The notes beneath the pieces are model-generated. The model saw only the letters and a list, made by a program, of their open reading frames with translations. It was not told the DNA's origin and did not search any database. A stretch of 64,000 bases of DNA, from positions 416,001 to 480,000 of the forward strand of contig CAWCUS010000001.1 in the NCBI GenBank assembly GCA_963798845.1. The letters run 5' to 3'. This DNA comes from an uncultured Gemmatimonadales bacterium (GTDB lineage Bacteria; Gemmatimonadota; Gemmatimonadetes; Longimicrobiales; RSA9). Positions 13,651 through 24,686 of this stretch are shown here, piece by piece. Made by a program: the position numbers and the translations under genes. How positions within the stretch are numbered: the stretch's first letter is position 1; each line of letters opens with the position of its first letter.

Positions 13651-14214
13651 CTACCTCACCCGCTCTATGTACGTCCCGCCTTCCGGATCCACGCGCACCG
13701 TCTCGCCCTTGTCGACGAAGGCGGGGACCTGGATGGTGACGCCATTCTCCAGCTTGGCGGGCTTGGTCACGGAGGTGCGGGTGTCGCCGCGCACGCCGGG
13801 CTCGGTCTCCACGACCTCGAGCTCGAGTGTGCGCGGGAGCTGGACTCCGAGCGGGGAGCCTTCGAGGAACTCGACCTGGACGTTCATGTTCGGGATCAGC
13901 CACTGAGCGGAGTCGCCGAGGGTGTCGTCGCCGATGGGGAACTGCTCGAAGGTCTGATTGTTCATGAAGTAGTGGTGATGGCCGTCATGGTACAGGAACT
14001 GGAGCTCCTGCGTCATCATCTCGGCCTTCTCCACCGTGTCGGCGGACCGGAACCGGTGCTCGAAGATGGTCCCCGTGAGGATGTTCTTCAGCTTGGTCTG
14101 CATGTACGCCGGGCCCTTCCCCGGCTTGATGTGCTGAAACTCCATGACGCGGCAGGGCTCACCCTCGTGCATGATCACCGTGCCGCGGCGGAGCTGTGAG
14201 GCCGACATCGCCAT
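13651..14214 (-). CDS. efp: Elongation factor P
   Basis: [34 protein letters not shown] motifs. Confidence 0.97.
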   Translation of the reverse strand: MAMSASQLRRGTVIMHEGEPCRVMEFQHIKPGKGPAYMQTKLKNILTGTIFEHRFRSADTVEKAEMMTQELQFLYHDGHHHYFMNNQTFEQFPIGDDTLGDSAQWLIPNMNVQVEFLEGSPLGVQLPRTLELEVVETEPGVRGDTRTSVTKPAKLENGVTIQVPAFVDKGETVRVDPEGGTYIERVR

Positions 14215-14343
14215 GGATGCGCGTGCTCCAGTTCACGGTCCAGAATACGAACAGCCCCGCGTACGCGAGGCCTCGAAGCGCCGGAATGTCGCCGCACGAC
14301 GCGCACCGGGCAAGCCCCCGCGGCTGCGCCGATCGGGGTGGGA

Positions 14344-15270
14344 TCAGCCGGGCGGGCGAGCGCCGGGGGTGTCGGCGGCCGCTCTCCGGTGGTCGTCCAG
14401 CCACGTCACGATCCGGGGCCACACCTCGACGCGCGCCGCCCGGCTCACAACGATGCCCGGGTGGTCGAAGTCCTCGCTGAACCCGGTCTCCCGGCCGGCG
14501 AGGACGTAGCTGGCATCGGCGCTTCCCATCATCTCCACCACGCCGCGGCAGGCGTCGGGCGGCGCGAACACGGTGTCGCCGGCGCCGCTCATGGCGAGGA
14601 CGGGCGTGCACACCGACTGGAGCCGCTCGACGTAGTCGGTGCCGTCGCAGCCCCGCCACTCGCGTTTCAGGTTCCACGTCATCCACTGCGCCATGACGCC
14701 GGGGAGCTCGTCCTCGGGGCCGAGCCCGAGCAGGCGAGCGGGGAAACGGCCCAGGAGCCGGGAGGCGGCCCGGATCGTCCACGCGCCCACTCGTCGCCAG
14801 CGCTGAAGCCAGGGCACGGGCGTGCCCAGGACGACCACGCCGGCCACCCGCTCGCGCAGCGCGGGCTCACCCGCGAGCGCGATGAGCATGGAGGCCCCTC
14901 CCGCGGAGTGGCCCACGAGCAATACGGGAGCGCCATCGGGTGCGGCCGCGGAAACGGCGGCGGGCACGTCCAGTCGGCCCCAGTGCTCGAATCGCCATGG
15001 ACGGCCGCGCGCCCGCTCGCTTCCGCCGTGGCCCCGCGGGTCGAGGACGACGGCCTCGTACCCCGCGTCGGCGAGGTGCCACGCCATTCCGCGGCCGCCG
15101 GTGCCGAGCCAGAAGGTGTGATTCGAGAAGGTGCCTGGCATCAGGACCACGGGCGGCGCCGTCGGCTCGCCCACGCGGTAGAGCGCGAGGCGCGTGCCGT
15201 CGCCAGCCCGGACCTGGTCCCGCCGGACGCGCTCCGTCACCGCGGCGGAGCGGGTCGGCCCGCGCCGCAC
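14344..15270 (-). CDS. Alpha/beta fold hydrolase
   Basis: DPRGHGGS, VGHSAGG nucleophile elbow, catalytic D..H near the C-terminus; start codon uncertain. Confidence 0.85.
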   Translation of the reverse strand: MRRGPTRSAAVTERVRRDQVRAGDGTRLALYRVGEPTAPPVVLMPGTFSNHTFWLGTGGRGMAWHLADAGYEAVVLDPRGHGGSERARGRPWRFEHWGRLDVPAAVSAAAPDGAPVLLVGHSAGGASMLIALAGEPALRERVAGVVVLGTPVPWLQRWRRVGAWTIRAASRLLGRFPARLLGLGPEDELPGVMAQWMTWNLKREWRGCDGTDYVERLQSVCTPVLAMSGAGDTVFAPPDACRGVVEMMGSADASYVLAGRETGFSEDFDHPGIVVSRAARVEVWPRIVTWLDDHRRAAADTPGARPPG

Positions 15271-15274
15271 GGCA

Positions 15275-16219
15275 TCACGTCAGCGCCGGAGCGACGATCC
15301 GCACGCCGCGCTCCACGGCCGTGGCGGTCATGGGCGTGGCCCCGGCGGGGTCGCCGTCGATCTGGACGGGAATGGCGGGGTCGCTCTCGATGGTCACCTC
15401 GCGGGCCTGGAAGTGGATGAGCCGGTCGTCGGCGCCTCGGAAGTGGCGGCCCATGGCCTTCCACAGCAGCGGCGGCACGTCAATGACGTTGCGCGGGGCG
15501 AGGATGACGACATCGAAGAGTCCGTCCTGCCAGGAGCGGCGGGGCTGGGGGGCGAGGGGGAGCCCGAACGGGATGAACTGGGCGAACAGCTCGCCCACGT
15601 TGGCGAGCATCACGCTCACCGCGCGGACCTCGACCACCTCTCCGTCCGCGGTGATCCGGAAGTCCACCGGCTGTGCCGTCAGCGCCTCCTTCACCGCGGC
15701 GAAGATGTACGCCGCAAAACCCCAGCGCTCCTTCAGCCCGCGGGTGGCGGAGCCCATGACCGCGGCATCGAAGCCGGCGCCGGCGACGAGGGCGAAGACG
15801 CGGTCGCCCACGCGCCCGAGGTCGACCGACGCCGCCTCGCCGCGGACGGCCACCTCCACCGCCTCCTCGATCCCTTCGGGGATGCGCAGGTTGCGGGCGA
15901 CCTGGTTGCCGGTTCCGCGGGGGATGATGGCCAATGGGGTCTCGGTGCCGGCCAGCCCCGTGACCGCCTCGGCAATGGTGCCATCGCCGCCGACCACGCA
16001 AACGCAGCGGTAGCCGAGAGCCGCGGCCTCGCGGGCGAGAGCGGTGCCGTGCCCGGCGTGGGCGGTCTCGGCCAGGTCGAACGCGACGCGGCGCGCGGCG
16101 AACGCGCCGCCGATCAGCCGGCGCAGGCGAGCGGGGTCTTCCTGCCCGGCCGCCGGATTCAGGATGATGAACGTGCGGCCGGCGTAGGGGCCGGCCGCAC
16201 GGTCGCGGTCGGGCGTCAC
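15275..16219 (-). CDS. Diacylglycerol kinase family lipid kinase (YegS/DgkB-like)
   Basis: ILNPAAG, VGGDGT, IPRGTGN, GAGFDA, QIDGD motifs. Confidence 0.92.
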   Translation of the reverse strand: MTPDRDRAAGPYAGRTFIILNPAAGQEDPARLRRLIGGAFAARRVAFDLAETAHAGHGTALAREAAALGYRCVCVVGGDGTIAEAVTGLAGTETPLAIIPRGTGNQVARNLRIPEGIEEAVEVAVRGEAASVDLGRVGDRVFALVAGAGFDAAVMGSATRGLKERWGFAAYIFAAVKEALTAQPVDFRITADGEVVEVRAVSVMLANVGELFAQFIPFGLPLAPQPRRSWQDGLFDVVILAPRNVIDVPPLLWKAMGRHFRGADDRLIHFQAREVTIESDPAIPVQIDGDPAGATPMTATAVERGVRIVAPALT

Positions 16220-16232
16220 CGGCGGTACGGGC

Positions 16233-17093
16233 TCAGGCCTCGCCGCCCTGGCGCGCCATTTCCTCGAGCCGCGCCACCCGCTCCTCCGTGGAGGGGTGCG
16301 TGCTGAAGAGCGAGGAGAACGCGCGTCGCTGACCGGCGAGCGGATTGACGATAGCCAGCGATGCCCCGGCCGGATTGATGTTCATGGGGATGCGCCGGCT
16401 GTACGCGTCCAGCTTCTCGAGCGCGTGTGCGAGCCCCATTGGGTTGCCGCTGATCTCCGCGCCGGTGCGGTCCGCCTGGAACTCGTTCTGCCGGCTGATG
16501 GCGAACTGGATCATCATCGCGGCGATCGGCGCGACGATCGCCGCCGCCAGCGCGCCCAGACCCCCACCGTCGCGGTCGCGCCCGCCGTAGCCCCCGAAGA
16601 TCGCGCCCCACGCCACCATGCGCCCGATCATGGCCACGGCGCCCGCCATGGTCGCGGCCACGGTGCCCGTGAGCATGTGGTGGTGCTTGACGTGGGCGAG
16701 CTCGTGGGCCAGCACGCCCTCGATCTCATCCTTGTCCACCAGCTTCAGGATGCCGGCCGTGCAGCACACCACCGCGTGCTCCGGGTTCCGCCCGGTGGCG
16801 AACGCGTTGGGCTGCTCCTGTGCCGAGATGGCCAGGGTCGGCATGGGGAGCCCCGCCCGCTGTCGGAGCCGGTCCACCAGGTCGTAGAGCTCGGGCACCT
16901 GCTCGCGATCCACCACCTTCGCTCGATACATGCGGAGGACGGCCTTGTCGCTCCACCAGTACATGCCGAAGTTCATGATGGCTGCGAACGCGAAGAAGAT
17001 GACCGCGCCGCTCTGCCCGCCAATGTACCCCCCGAGCACGACCAGCAGGGCCGTGAGCCCCGCCATCAGGAGGAATACCTTTGTACGCTGCAT
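16233..17093 (-). CDS. htpX: Zinc metalloprotease HtpX
   Basis: QPNAFATGRNPEHA, GVLAHELAH, ISRQNEFQAD, LFSTHPSTEERV. Confidence 0.95.
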   Translation of the reverse strand: MQRTKVFLLMAGLTALLVVLGGYIGGQSGAVIFFAFAAIMNFGMYWWSDKAVLRMYRAKVVDREQVPELYDLVDRLRQRAGLPMPTLAISAQEQPNAFATGRNPEHAVVCCTAGILKLVDKDEIEGVLAHELAHVKHHHMLTGTVAATMAGAVAMIGRMVAWGAIFGGYGGRDRDGGGLGALAAAIVAPIAAMMIQFAISRQNEFQADRTGAEISGNPMGLAHALEKLDAYSRRIPMNINPAGASLAIVNPLAGQRRAFSSLFSTHPSTEERVARLEEMARQGGEA

Positions 17094-17167
17094 TGTCGCT
17101 CGCTACCGGTTCAGGGTCGCTCGTCAACCTTTGAAGATACCCCGGCCAGGGCGCCCCGGTCCACCGG

Positions 17168-20100
17168 TCAGTACCCCCACTCGCGGACGAGGCTGAGGCC
17201 CCAGACCTTGCGATCGTCGATCTCGGCCAGCCCGAAGGAGGGCGTGCGCGCGAAACGGTCCTCGAGGTAGAACTCGCCGGTCCACGTGGGGCGGAACCGG
17301 TACTGGATGCGGGCGCCCAGCAGGCGCGTCCAAGACTGCTGCGACTCCTGCTGCGCGGGGATCCGCCCGCTCAGGATCAGCGTCAGGTCGCGGGTGGCGT
17401 CGAATCCCAGCTCCACCTGCGTGTTGGCCAGGAGACCCGACGCGCCGTAGTCGCCGAGCTGGTACTCCGGCGCGCGCAGCGCCAGGTAGTCGATCCCGAG
17501 GAGACTGTTGGCCATGCGCTGGAGCTCGCTGGACGCGAAGCCGGTGAGGGCGGGGCGGATGAGCCCGAGGCCGAGGCCGGTCATCATCCCGCTCGACAGG
17601 ACGTCCGACTCCGACTGGGTCAGCTCGGCGCCTGAGCGACCGAACAGGAGGTAGCTGGCGAGGTCGGCCTGCGAGACCTGGATATCGGAATCGGTGGTGA
17701 GACGCACGCGCGGGTTCTGGAGCGTGCCCGTGAGGACGGCCACCACGTCGATGGGGTCGCCCTGGGCGCGCCGAACGCGGTAGGCCGCCTCCACGTCCAG
17801 GTCGGGGTCGATCCCAGGTGTGCCGACGAACTCGATGGTCCCGCTCCGGATGTCGAAGCGGCGGGCGGGAACCCGCTGCGCGACCTGGAGGTCGTACGTG
17901 CCGCGCACGGTCTGGAGCGACCCGGTCAGGCGCAGGTCGCCGGTGCCGAGGTCCGCCTCCACTTCGAGGGCACCGCTCACTTCCACGTCCAGCTCGCGGC
18001 TGCGGAGCCACAGCTCCCGGGACGCGTTGATGTTCAGGTTGGTCACCACGAGGTTCTTCAGGAACGGGTTCGGCGGCGACGGCCGGAAGCTGACCGTGGT
18101 GCTGTCGAAGAGCTGGAACATGGACGTGTCCAGCTGCACGATCTGATAGCGTCGCCAGATCTCGTCCAGGTTCATCTCGCCCCGCACCAGGCGGAGGTCT
18201 CCGGAGACCACCGGCCGTGCGTAGCGGCCGCCCACGTGAACCGCGCCGTCGGCCACCGCAGCCACGTCGCGCCGCTTCGAGGCCTCGAACTGCCTGGCCA
18301 TCACGTCCAGGTCGAAGCCGGGATCCGAGGGGTGCGTCAGGTCGAGCGTGCCGTTCACGTCGGCGGACCCGCCGCCGGTGCGCAGCGTGGCCGTCAGGTC
18401 CACCTGCCTCCCCGGCCGCATGCGTGCGACGGCTTCGACGCCCCGGTAGCGCACGAGGAGCGGCTCGAAGAAGGCGCTCCCGTCGGTGAGGCGAAGCTCG
18501 CCCCCGAGCTCCGGCGATCGGCCGGTCCCCGCCATGTCGATCGCCGCGTCGACCCAGCCGGTGAGGCCCGTGAACCCGGGCGTCAGAAAGCTGAGCAGCC
18601 CGGCCGGCACGCTGTCGGCCCTGATGTGCACGGCGAGGGGCAGCTCCAGCAGCCGCTCCTGCGTGGACATGAAGGCCAGGTCGGCCGGGACGCTGGCGTC
18701 CGCCGTGACCACGGCGTCGCCATCCCGCCAGCCGGCGAACCGGGCCGTGATCAGCCGGTCTTCGTAGCGCATCTCCGCGCCCGCGCTGTCCAGGACGGCG
18801 CCGGCGTAGCGGAAGGGTCGAGAGGCGAGCCATCCTCGAATCAGCGGGGCGCGCGCCGTCCCGGTGACACGGAACTGCCCCGTGATGACGCCGTCCACGA
18901 CGGAGTCCGTCTGCGCCAGCCGCAGCAGCTCCCCCACGCGCACGCTGTCCAGGTCCACGGCCAGCGATGCGGGCAGGGTGTCCCCGGTCTCGAGCTCGCG
19001 CCACGGCAGCACCCCCGCTACGCGGATTCGCGCGGACGACGGCGAGCGGCGAAGCACGAGCGAGTCCACGGCCACACCGCGCCGGCCCACGGTGGCGAGC
19101 ACGGTGTCGGCCAGCGTCCAGCGGGCGTCCTTCAGCTGAACGGCGAGCCGGTGCAGCTGTACGCGCACTCCCGGGTCGGTGCGCTGGAACGTCCCCGCGA
19201 GCTCGAGCTCCTGCGCTTCCGCGCCCCGTGCCTGGAGCGCCAGCTCGCCCGAGCCGCGCGTGTAGCGGAGCGACGCCTGCACTACGGGGAGCGTCCGCCC
19301 CGACGCCCGCAAAGAGTCCAGGGTGGCGTTCGTGCTGAAATCGCCGGGCCCGCCGTCGAAGTCGGCGTGGGCGCTGTGCAGGCGGACATCCCCGTACAGG
19401 ACGTCCTCGCCCGAGGCCCGCCCCTGCACCTTCCAACGCTGGATCCCGCCCCACGCCGTGCCCTCCACGGCGACGCGTCCGCCGAGGCGCGGCTCGAGCG
19501 GCTCGCCCAGCGCGTGCTCGCCCGGGTCGGGGAAGAGCACCGGCTCCAGCGGCTCCACCGAGTCCGCCCGCACCGAGAAGCGCAGCTCCCCTTCCCTCCC
19601 CTCCACCACCCCGAAGCTTCCGCTCGCGACGGCGTCACCGACCGCGGAGCGGACAGTCAGGCTGTCCACGTTCAGCAGACCGCGGTCGAGGCTGACATTC
19701 GCCACGGCCCGATAGACGGGGATCCCGGCGACGCGTGCCGCCGCCACGTCCACGGCCAGCGTCGCCCGCGCATCCGCCACCGCGCGGCCGTCGCCGTCGA
19801 GCTGGAAGCGGGCGCTGACCTGCGTTTCCGGCAGGGACGGCAGCAGCCGCTCGAGCGAGAAGTCGGTCACTTCCCCCCGCATGGAGTAGCGCGGGACATC
19901 ACCTTCGAGGGAGCCGTGGCCGGTGACGGCCACCCGTCCCGCGGGCGTCCGGAGGTCCGCGCCGAGCTCCAGGCTGTCCAGCGGTCCCGTGAGCGTGAGG
20001 ACGCCGGTCGCTTCCCCGACCATCGACACGAGGGTCGGGAACTGCTCGTTCAGGAGGTCCAGCGCGACGGGCGCCGACTCGAGACGCAGGTCCACCCTCG

Positions 20101-21598
20101 AGCGTCCCCGCGCCAGCAGCAGGCTCCCGCCCCCGCGGAAGCGGGACTCCTGCTCTCCTCGCCGGAGGGTCGCGTCGCCGTCCACGGTCAGCCCGCCCGC
20201 CAGGGTGCCGTTGGCGCTGAACCGGCCGCGGGCCTCGCCCCGGAGGCGGAGCCCGGGGACGAGCCGCGCCACCTGCGCCAGGTCGAGGTGCTCCACGGTG
20301 CCGCGAAGTCCGGCCGCGGCGTACGGCCGGGTGGCGCGCACCCGGCCCCGCCACTGCACGGCCGCGCCGGACCCCTTCTCTCCCGCGGCGACGAAGCGGA
20401 CGTTTCCGCGCGTGTCCAGCGCCGAGACCGGCCCCTGCACTTCCACGGTGCCGATGAGGAGGCCGTCGAGCGGGAGGTCCATGGGGACGAGGCTGCGCAG
20501 CAGGTCCACGTTCAGCGGGGACGCGCGCAGGTTCACGTCCGTGAAGTAGAGGGTATCCCCGGTCACGACGCCGAAAGAGCCGGCGAGCTCCGAGTCGCCG
20601 GTGTGAAGGCTGGCGTCGCTGACCAGAAAGAGCGTGCTCCCCGGGCTCCGCGTCTGGAGCCGGAGCTCGAGCTTCCCGCCCCCCTCGGTGGGCAGGGACG
20701 GGTAGAGCCACTGGAGGTCGCCGAACGAAAGGTGGTCCGCACTGGCGCGGATGTCGTAGCGGCGGCCCTGGTCGCCCAGGATCATCTGCCCGACCACGGA
20801 CAGCTCGGAGTCCGGCAGCTTCACTCTCGGCATGTCGAAGCTGATGACCGAGTCGCGGAGCGTGACGGTGCCCTCCACCTGCCGGAGGTCCGCCGGCGTC
20901 TTCCAGACGTACAGGCGACCGCTGAAGTCGCCGATCTGGACGAGGTGACCCGCCTCCTCCGGCGACTCCCAGACGACGCGCGGCAAGCGCGCCTGCAGGT
21001 GCTCCACCCGGATCGTCCGCACCGTTCCGCCCGGCACGTCCTCGAAAATCAGGCGAGCGGTGTCGGACGCCGCCACGGGTCCCGACGGCTCCCACGGGGT
21101 ACGGACCACGACATTGCCGTCGATGATGCCGATGTCGTTGATGAGCACCAGCCGGGTCGGCGCCGGGGCGGTCGTGTCCGCAGCGGTGGTGTCCCCGGGG
21201 AAAACGCGCTGGTAGTTCCATCTCTCCTCCCCCGGGAGGCGCTCGATCGTGATGTCCGGGGAGTACAGCGTGAGCCGGTCGAAGGTCAGGTTGCCGCCGA
21301 TGAGCGTGCGCACGTGGTAGGCGAGGCGGGCGCTGTCCACGCGCATGAACGGGCGGCCGAGGCTGTCGTCGATGGCGACGTCGCGGAGCACGACGCCGTG
21401 CAGCAGCCCTGCGCTGGTGACCGATCCGACGCGAAGCTCGCCATGGACGATGCCGCGCAGCTGGCCGACCGCGATCCGCCCCGCCTGGCGCACGCCCAGG
21501 TCCGTGCGGGTGAGCACGTACACGGCCACCGAGAGGAGGACCACCAGCACCGCCACACCCACCAGCACCCACCGGAGCACCCGTCGAGCGCTCGCCAT
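17168..21598 (-). CDS. tamB: Translocation/assembly module TamB (AsmA-like)
   Basis: 1476 aa with N-terminal TM anchor, beta-taco repeats and a C-terminal TamB domain (GTIEFVG..DPDLDVEA, VLTGTLQNPRV); coupled to the upstream Omp85 gene. Confidence 0.85.
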   Translation of the reverse strand: MASARRVLRWVLVGVAVLVVLLSVAVYVLTRTDLGVRQAGRIAVGQLRGIVHGELRVGSVTSAGLLHGVVLRDVAIDDSLGRPFMRVDSARLAYHVRTLIGGNLTFDRLTLYSPDITIERLPGEERWNYQRVFPGDTTAADTTAPAPTRLVLINDIGIIDGNVVVRTPWEPSGPVAASDTARLIFEDVPGGTVRTIRVEHLQARLPRVVWESPEEAGHLVQIGDFSGRLYVWKTPADLRQVEGTVTLRDSVISFDMPRVKLPDSELSVVGQMILGDQGRRYDIRASADHLSFGDLQWLYPSLPTEGGGKLELRLQTRSPGSTLFLVSDASLHTGDSELAGSFGVVTGDTLYFTDVNLRASPLNVDLLRSLVPMDLPLDGLLIGTVEVQGPVSALDTRGNVRFVAAGEKGSGAAVQWRGRVRATRPYAAAGLRGTVEHLDLAQVARLVPGLRLRGEARGRFSANGTLAGGLTVDGDATLRRGEQESRFRGGGSLLLARGRSRVDLRLESAPVALDLLNEQFPTLVSMVGEATGVLTLTGPLDSLELGADLRTPAGRVAVTGHGSLEGDVPRYSMRGEVTDFSLERLLPSLPETQVSARFQLDGDGRAVADARATLAVDVAAARVAGIPVYRAVANVSLDRGLLNVDSLTVRSAVGDAVASGSFGVVEGREGELRFSVRADSVEPLEPVLFPDPGEHALGEPLEPRLGGRVAVEGTAWGGIQRWKVQGRASGEDVLYGDVRLHSAHADFDGGPGDFSTNATLDSLRASGRTLPVVQASLRYTRGSGELALQARGAEAQELELAGTFQRTDPGVRVQLHRLAVQLKDARWTLADTVLATVGRRGVAVDSLVLRRSPSSARIRVAGVLPWRELETGDTLPASLAVDLDSVRVGELLRLAQTDSVVDGVITGQFRVTGTARAPLIRGWLASRPFRYAGAVLDSAGAEMRYEDRLITARFAGWRDGDAVVTADASVPADLAFMSTQERLLELPLAVHIRADSVPAGLLSFLTPGFTGLTGWVDAAIDMAGTGRSPELGGELRLTDGSAFFEPLLVRYRGVEAVARMRPGRQVDLTATLRTGGGSADVNGTLDLTHPSDPGFDLDVMARQFEASKRRDVAAVADGAVHVGGRYARPVVSGDLRLVRGEMNLDEIWRRYQIVQLDTSMFQLFDSTTVSFRPSPPNPFLKNLVVTNLNINASRELWLRSRELDVEVSGALEVEADLGTGDLRLTGSLQTVRGTYDLQVAQRVPARRFDIRSGTIEFVGTPGIDPDLDVEAAYRVRRAQGDPIDVVAVLTGTLQNPRVRLTTDSDIQVSQADLASYLLFGRSGAELTQSESDVLSSGMMTGLGLGLIRPALTGFASSELQRMANSLLGIDYLALRAPEYQLGDYGASGLLANTQVELGFDATRDLTLILSGRIPAQQESQQSWTRLLGARIQYRFRPTWTGEFYLEDRFARTPSFGLAEIDDRKVWGLSLVREWGY

Positions 21599-23826
21599 CA
21601 GAACGCCTGCCCGATGGAGAAGTGGAGCCGGATGCGGCGGAAGAAAGCCGCCACCGGATCGGACGGATCGGTCCCGTACGGCACCGTGTGGTCCAGGAGG
21701 ACCACGTCATCGGTGTTGCGCACCGTCCAGATCCGATCCTGGCCGTTCACTTTCTGGCAACCTGGCTCATCCGTCATGCATTCTTCTACGCGCGTGGTGA
21801 GCACCGGGAGCGAAATGGAACCACGGGTATTGTAGCCCGCGTCGATGCGGATCGGGCCGATCGGGCTGTAGTAGCGCAGCCCGATCCCCGGCGTTGCGAC
21901 AATGGTCCGGAGATCCACATCCGAGACCGTCGCCCACACCTGTCCGGCATCCAGGAACGCGGCGCCTCGCAGCTTGCCGCGGAAGAGGGGCAGCGGGAAG
22001 CGCAGCTCCACGCTTCCTTCGAGCAGAACTTCCCCGCCGGCGGGCCGGACGTCAATCACGCCGTTGGGCAGCTCCGTGAGCTTGCACGTGCCGTCGTTCA
22101 CACTTTCAGGGGTGCACCCGGCGCCGCGATAGTCGGTCGTGTCCGCGCTCACCAGGTACGGTACGGCGGCGATTCCGAGCACCGTGGGCCCGAGACGGTA
22201 CTGGTCGAAGCCGCGCACGCTGTTGGCGCCGCCGGCGAAAAAGCGCTTCTGCGGGTTCACCCGCACGCCCGCATCGCTGCTCGCGTGGGGCCAGGCCACC
22301 CCCCCGTGCAGCCGTGTGGCCAGGATCACGCCGCCCGGCTTGCCCACGTACGTGCTCCCCTCGCCCGAGAGGCGGGTGTAGGCGAAGTCGGAGCCCGTGA
22401 AACGGTCGGCGTACTCGGCGTCGGCGCGGATGATGTACCCGGAGCTCGGGGTGAACGGCGCGTCGGACCGGTCCAGCGCGAACGAGAGGGCCAGCGGCGA
22501 GAGCCAGTGCGGCTCGCGCAGCATGGCCAGCTCGTCGTACGCGCAGGCGAGGAAGTTCACGCAGAAGAAGAGGTCTCCCCCGCCCTCCGCCCGGATCAGT
22601 GTGAGCTCCGGCCGGTAACTCAGGGAGAGCGTCCCATTGCCGCCCAGCGAGTGACCGAGGGAGACGTAGCCGCCGACCGCCGAGCGCACGAACACGCCCG
22701 GCACGCTCCGCCGCTCGGCGAAAAGCCCGCCCCCGATGCTGTTTCGGGGGCCCAGCAGCCACGGCTGCGTGAAATCAACGGAGACGAGGCCGGTGAGGCT
22801 GTCGTAGGCGACGTAGTCGCCGGCCAGCCACGGGAACTGCTGGCACAGCTCGCCCATCAGCACGTTCCCCAGCCTGCCGCGGACCTCCAGGCGACGGCCA
22901 TCGCCCATGAAGTTGCGGCTGCTCCAGGACGCTTCGAGGTTCCCGCACTCCACGTTGTTGAACCCCGCCCCGACCCGGACCCGGCGCATGTTCCCCTCGC
23001 TCACCTGGATGGTCACGGGTATGACGCTGTCCGAGCCAGCGTCCAGATCCGCGCGGACTTCCGCGTGCCGGAAGATCTGGAGACCATACAGGTTGCGCTG
23101 GCTCCGCAGCAGCGCGCTCCGGTCGTAGCGGTCCCCCTCCCCGAAGGAGAGCATGCGCTCCACGAGCCGAGGAGCGGCTTCCTCGTTTCCCATCACCTGG
23201 ATCGCGCCGAAGCGGGCGAGCGTGCCCGGGATGATCTCGAACTGCACGTACGCCTTCTGCGGCTCCGCGCTCGGGATCATGTAGCCCGGCAGCACTTCCG
23301 CCCGGGCATAGCCATGGTTTCGGAGGCGGTTGAGCAGCGTGTCGCGCGTGGCCTCGTACATCACCATGTCGAACGGGTCGCCGCGCCGCAGCGGTAGCGA
23401 CCGTCGCTTCAGCGACGACGGCAGCCCCGACACCGTGAGCTCGGCCACCCGTACCGGCTCCCCCTCCTGGATGTGGAAGGTCACGCGCACCGCCTCGTCC
23501 CCCGCGCGCGCCGTGTCCACCGTGATCTGCGCCTGCCGGAAGCCGCGCTCGTAGTAGTACACCTTGAGGCGCAGCGGGTCGGTTTCCAGCGCCCCCGCCG
23601 GGAGGAACGCCTCCTCTTCCCCGACGCCCGCCCAGCACACCAGCGCGTAGAGGAGGTTGGGGCAGCGCGTCGCGGAAGTCTCGATCGCGGCCGCCAGCTC
23701 TGTGCGGGTGAACGACCTCGCGCCTGCGAAGCGGAGCGTCTCCACCTCGAGACCCTGCCCCGCTGCCGGCGCGGCGGCGGAGAGGGCGACGAGGAGCCCC
23801 GCGGTCGCTGCGGCGAGGCGCCTCAC
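21598..23826 (-). CDS. tamA: TamA/BamA (Omp85) outer membrane protein
   Basis: Signal peptide, POTRA repeats, RFFAGGANSVRGF, GLRYYSPIGPIRID, terminal HFSIGQAF. Confidence 0.9.
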   Translation of the reverse strand: MRRLAAATAGLLVALSAAAPAAGQGLEVETLRFAGARSFTRTELAAAIETSATRCPNLLYALVCWAGVGEEEAFLPAGALETDPLRLKVYYYERGFRQAQITVDTARAGDEAVRVTFHIQEGEPVRVAELTVSGLPSSLKRRSLPLRRGDPFDMVMYEATRDTLLNRLRNHGYARAEVLPGYMIPSAEPQKAYVQFEIIPGTLARFGAIQVMGNEEAAPRLVERMLSFGEGDRYDRSALLRSQRNLYGLQIFRHAEVRADLDAGSDSVIPVTIQVSEGNMRRVRVGAGFNNVECGNLEASWSSRNFMGDGRRLEVRGRLGNVLMGELCQQFPWLAGDYVAYDSLTGLVSVDFTQPWLLGPRNSIGGGLFAERRSVPGVFVRSAVGGYVSLGHSLGGNGTLSLSYRPELTLIRAEGGGDLFFCVNFLACAYDELAMLREPHWLSPLALSFALDRSDAPFTPSSGYIIRADAEYADRFTGSDFAYTRLSGEGSTYVGKPGGVILATRLHGGVAWPHASSDAGVRVNPQKRFFAGGANSVRGFDQYRLGPTVLGIAAVPYLVSADTTDYRGAGCTPESVNDGTCKLTELPNGVIDVRPAGGEVLLEGSVELRFPLPLFRGKLRGAAFLDAGQVWATVSDVDLRTIVATPGIGLRYYSPIGPIRIDAGYNTRGSISLPVLTTRVEECMTDEPGCQKVNGQDRIWTVRNTDDVVLLDHTVPYGTDPSDPVAAFFRRIRLHFSIGQAF

Positions 23827-24686
23827 TCCTGTTCCAGCGCGGACAGCGTGACGCTGTCGCGGAAGTACGCCGACGGCTTGCGCGGGAAGATGTGCCGGCT
23901 CACCGAGGCGAAGCCGCCCACATCATCCATGAACATGTAGTGGGTGACGCGCACCACCTCATCCGTGATCCGGACGACGTTGAACGAGTTCTTCTCCCGC
24001 TCCCGCACTCGCCCGCGGCGGGACGTGCTGGTGCCGCTCTGGACGATGATGATGCCATGCTCCCGGTCCTGGCCGGGGTACAGGTCGAGGGAGTTGCCGA
24101 TGTACGCACGGTGGAGATGGCCGCCCATGATCAGGTCGACCTTCAGCTCGGCGAAGACGTCGACGGCCCGCTTCGCCCCCGGCATGACCTCGCCGCGCTC
24201 GTAGTCAGGGGCGGGAGCGAAATGATGATGTGCCACCACGATCCTCACCAGTCCGGGCGGCGCCGCCTCCAGCGCCCGTCGGCAGAAGTCGAGCTGTCCC
24301 GGGTCGATCCGGCCGTTCGTGAGCGCGCGCCGCGGGGCCGTGGAGTTGAGCGCGACGATGATGGCGTCATCGGTTCGAACCACCTGGTCGAGCTCGCGCG
24401 CGATGTACTTCCGGTACCAGCGGTACGGCCAAAAGATCCGCTCGAGCCCACGGTACAGGGGCACATCGTGATTCCCCGGCACCACCACGGTGGGCACGTC
24501 GGGGAGAGCGTCCAGGAACACCCTGGCATCCGCGAACTGCTGCTTCTTCGCGCGCTGCGTGAAGTCCCCGCTGGCCACGACGAGATCCGGCTCGATCGCG
24601 CCCGCGGCCTTCAGCAGCGCCTCCCCCACTCGCGGGATGTAGGGAGGTCCGAAATGCAGGTCGGAGATGTGGAGGATGGTCATCAT
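23823..24686 (-). CDS. Metallophosphoesterase (calcineurin-like, CpdA-like)
   Basis: HISDLHFG, SGDFT, PGNHD, AHHH, GGHLH motifs. Confidence 0.9.
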   Translation of the reverse strand: MMTILHISDLHFGPPYIPRVGEALLKAAGAIEPDLVVASGDFTQRAKKQQFADARVFLDALPDVPTVVVPGNHDVPLYRGLERIFWPYRWYRKYIARELDQVVRTDDAIIVALNSTAPRRALTNGRIDPGQLDFCRRALEAAPPGLVRIVVAHHHFAPAPDYERGEVMPGAKRAVDVFAELKVDLIMGGHLHRAYIGNSLDLYPGQDREHGIIIVQSGTSTSRRGRVREREKNSFNVVRITDEVVRVTHYMFMDDVGGFASVSRHIFPRKPSAYFRDSVTLSALEQE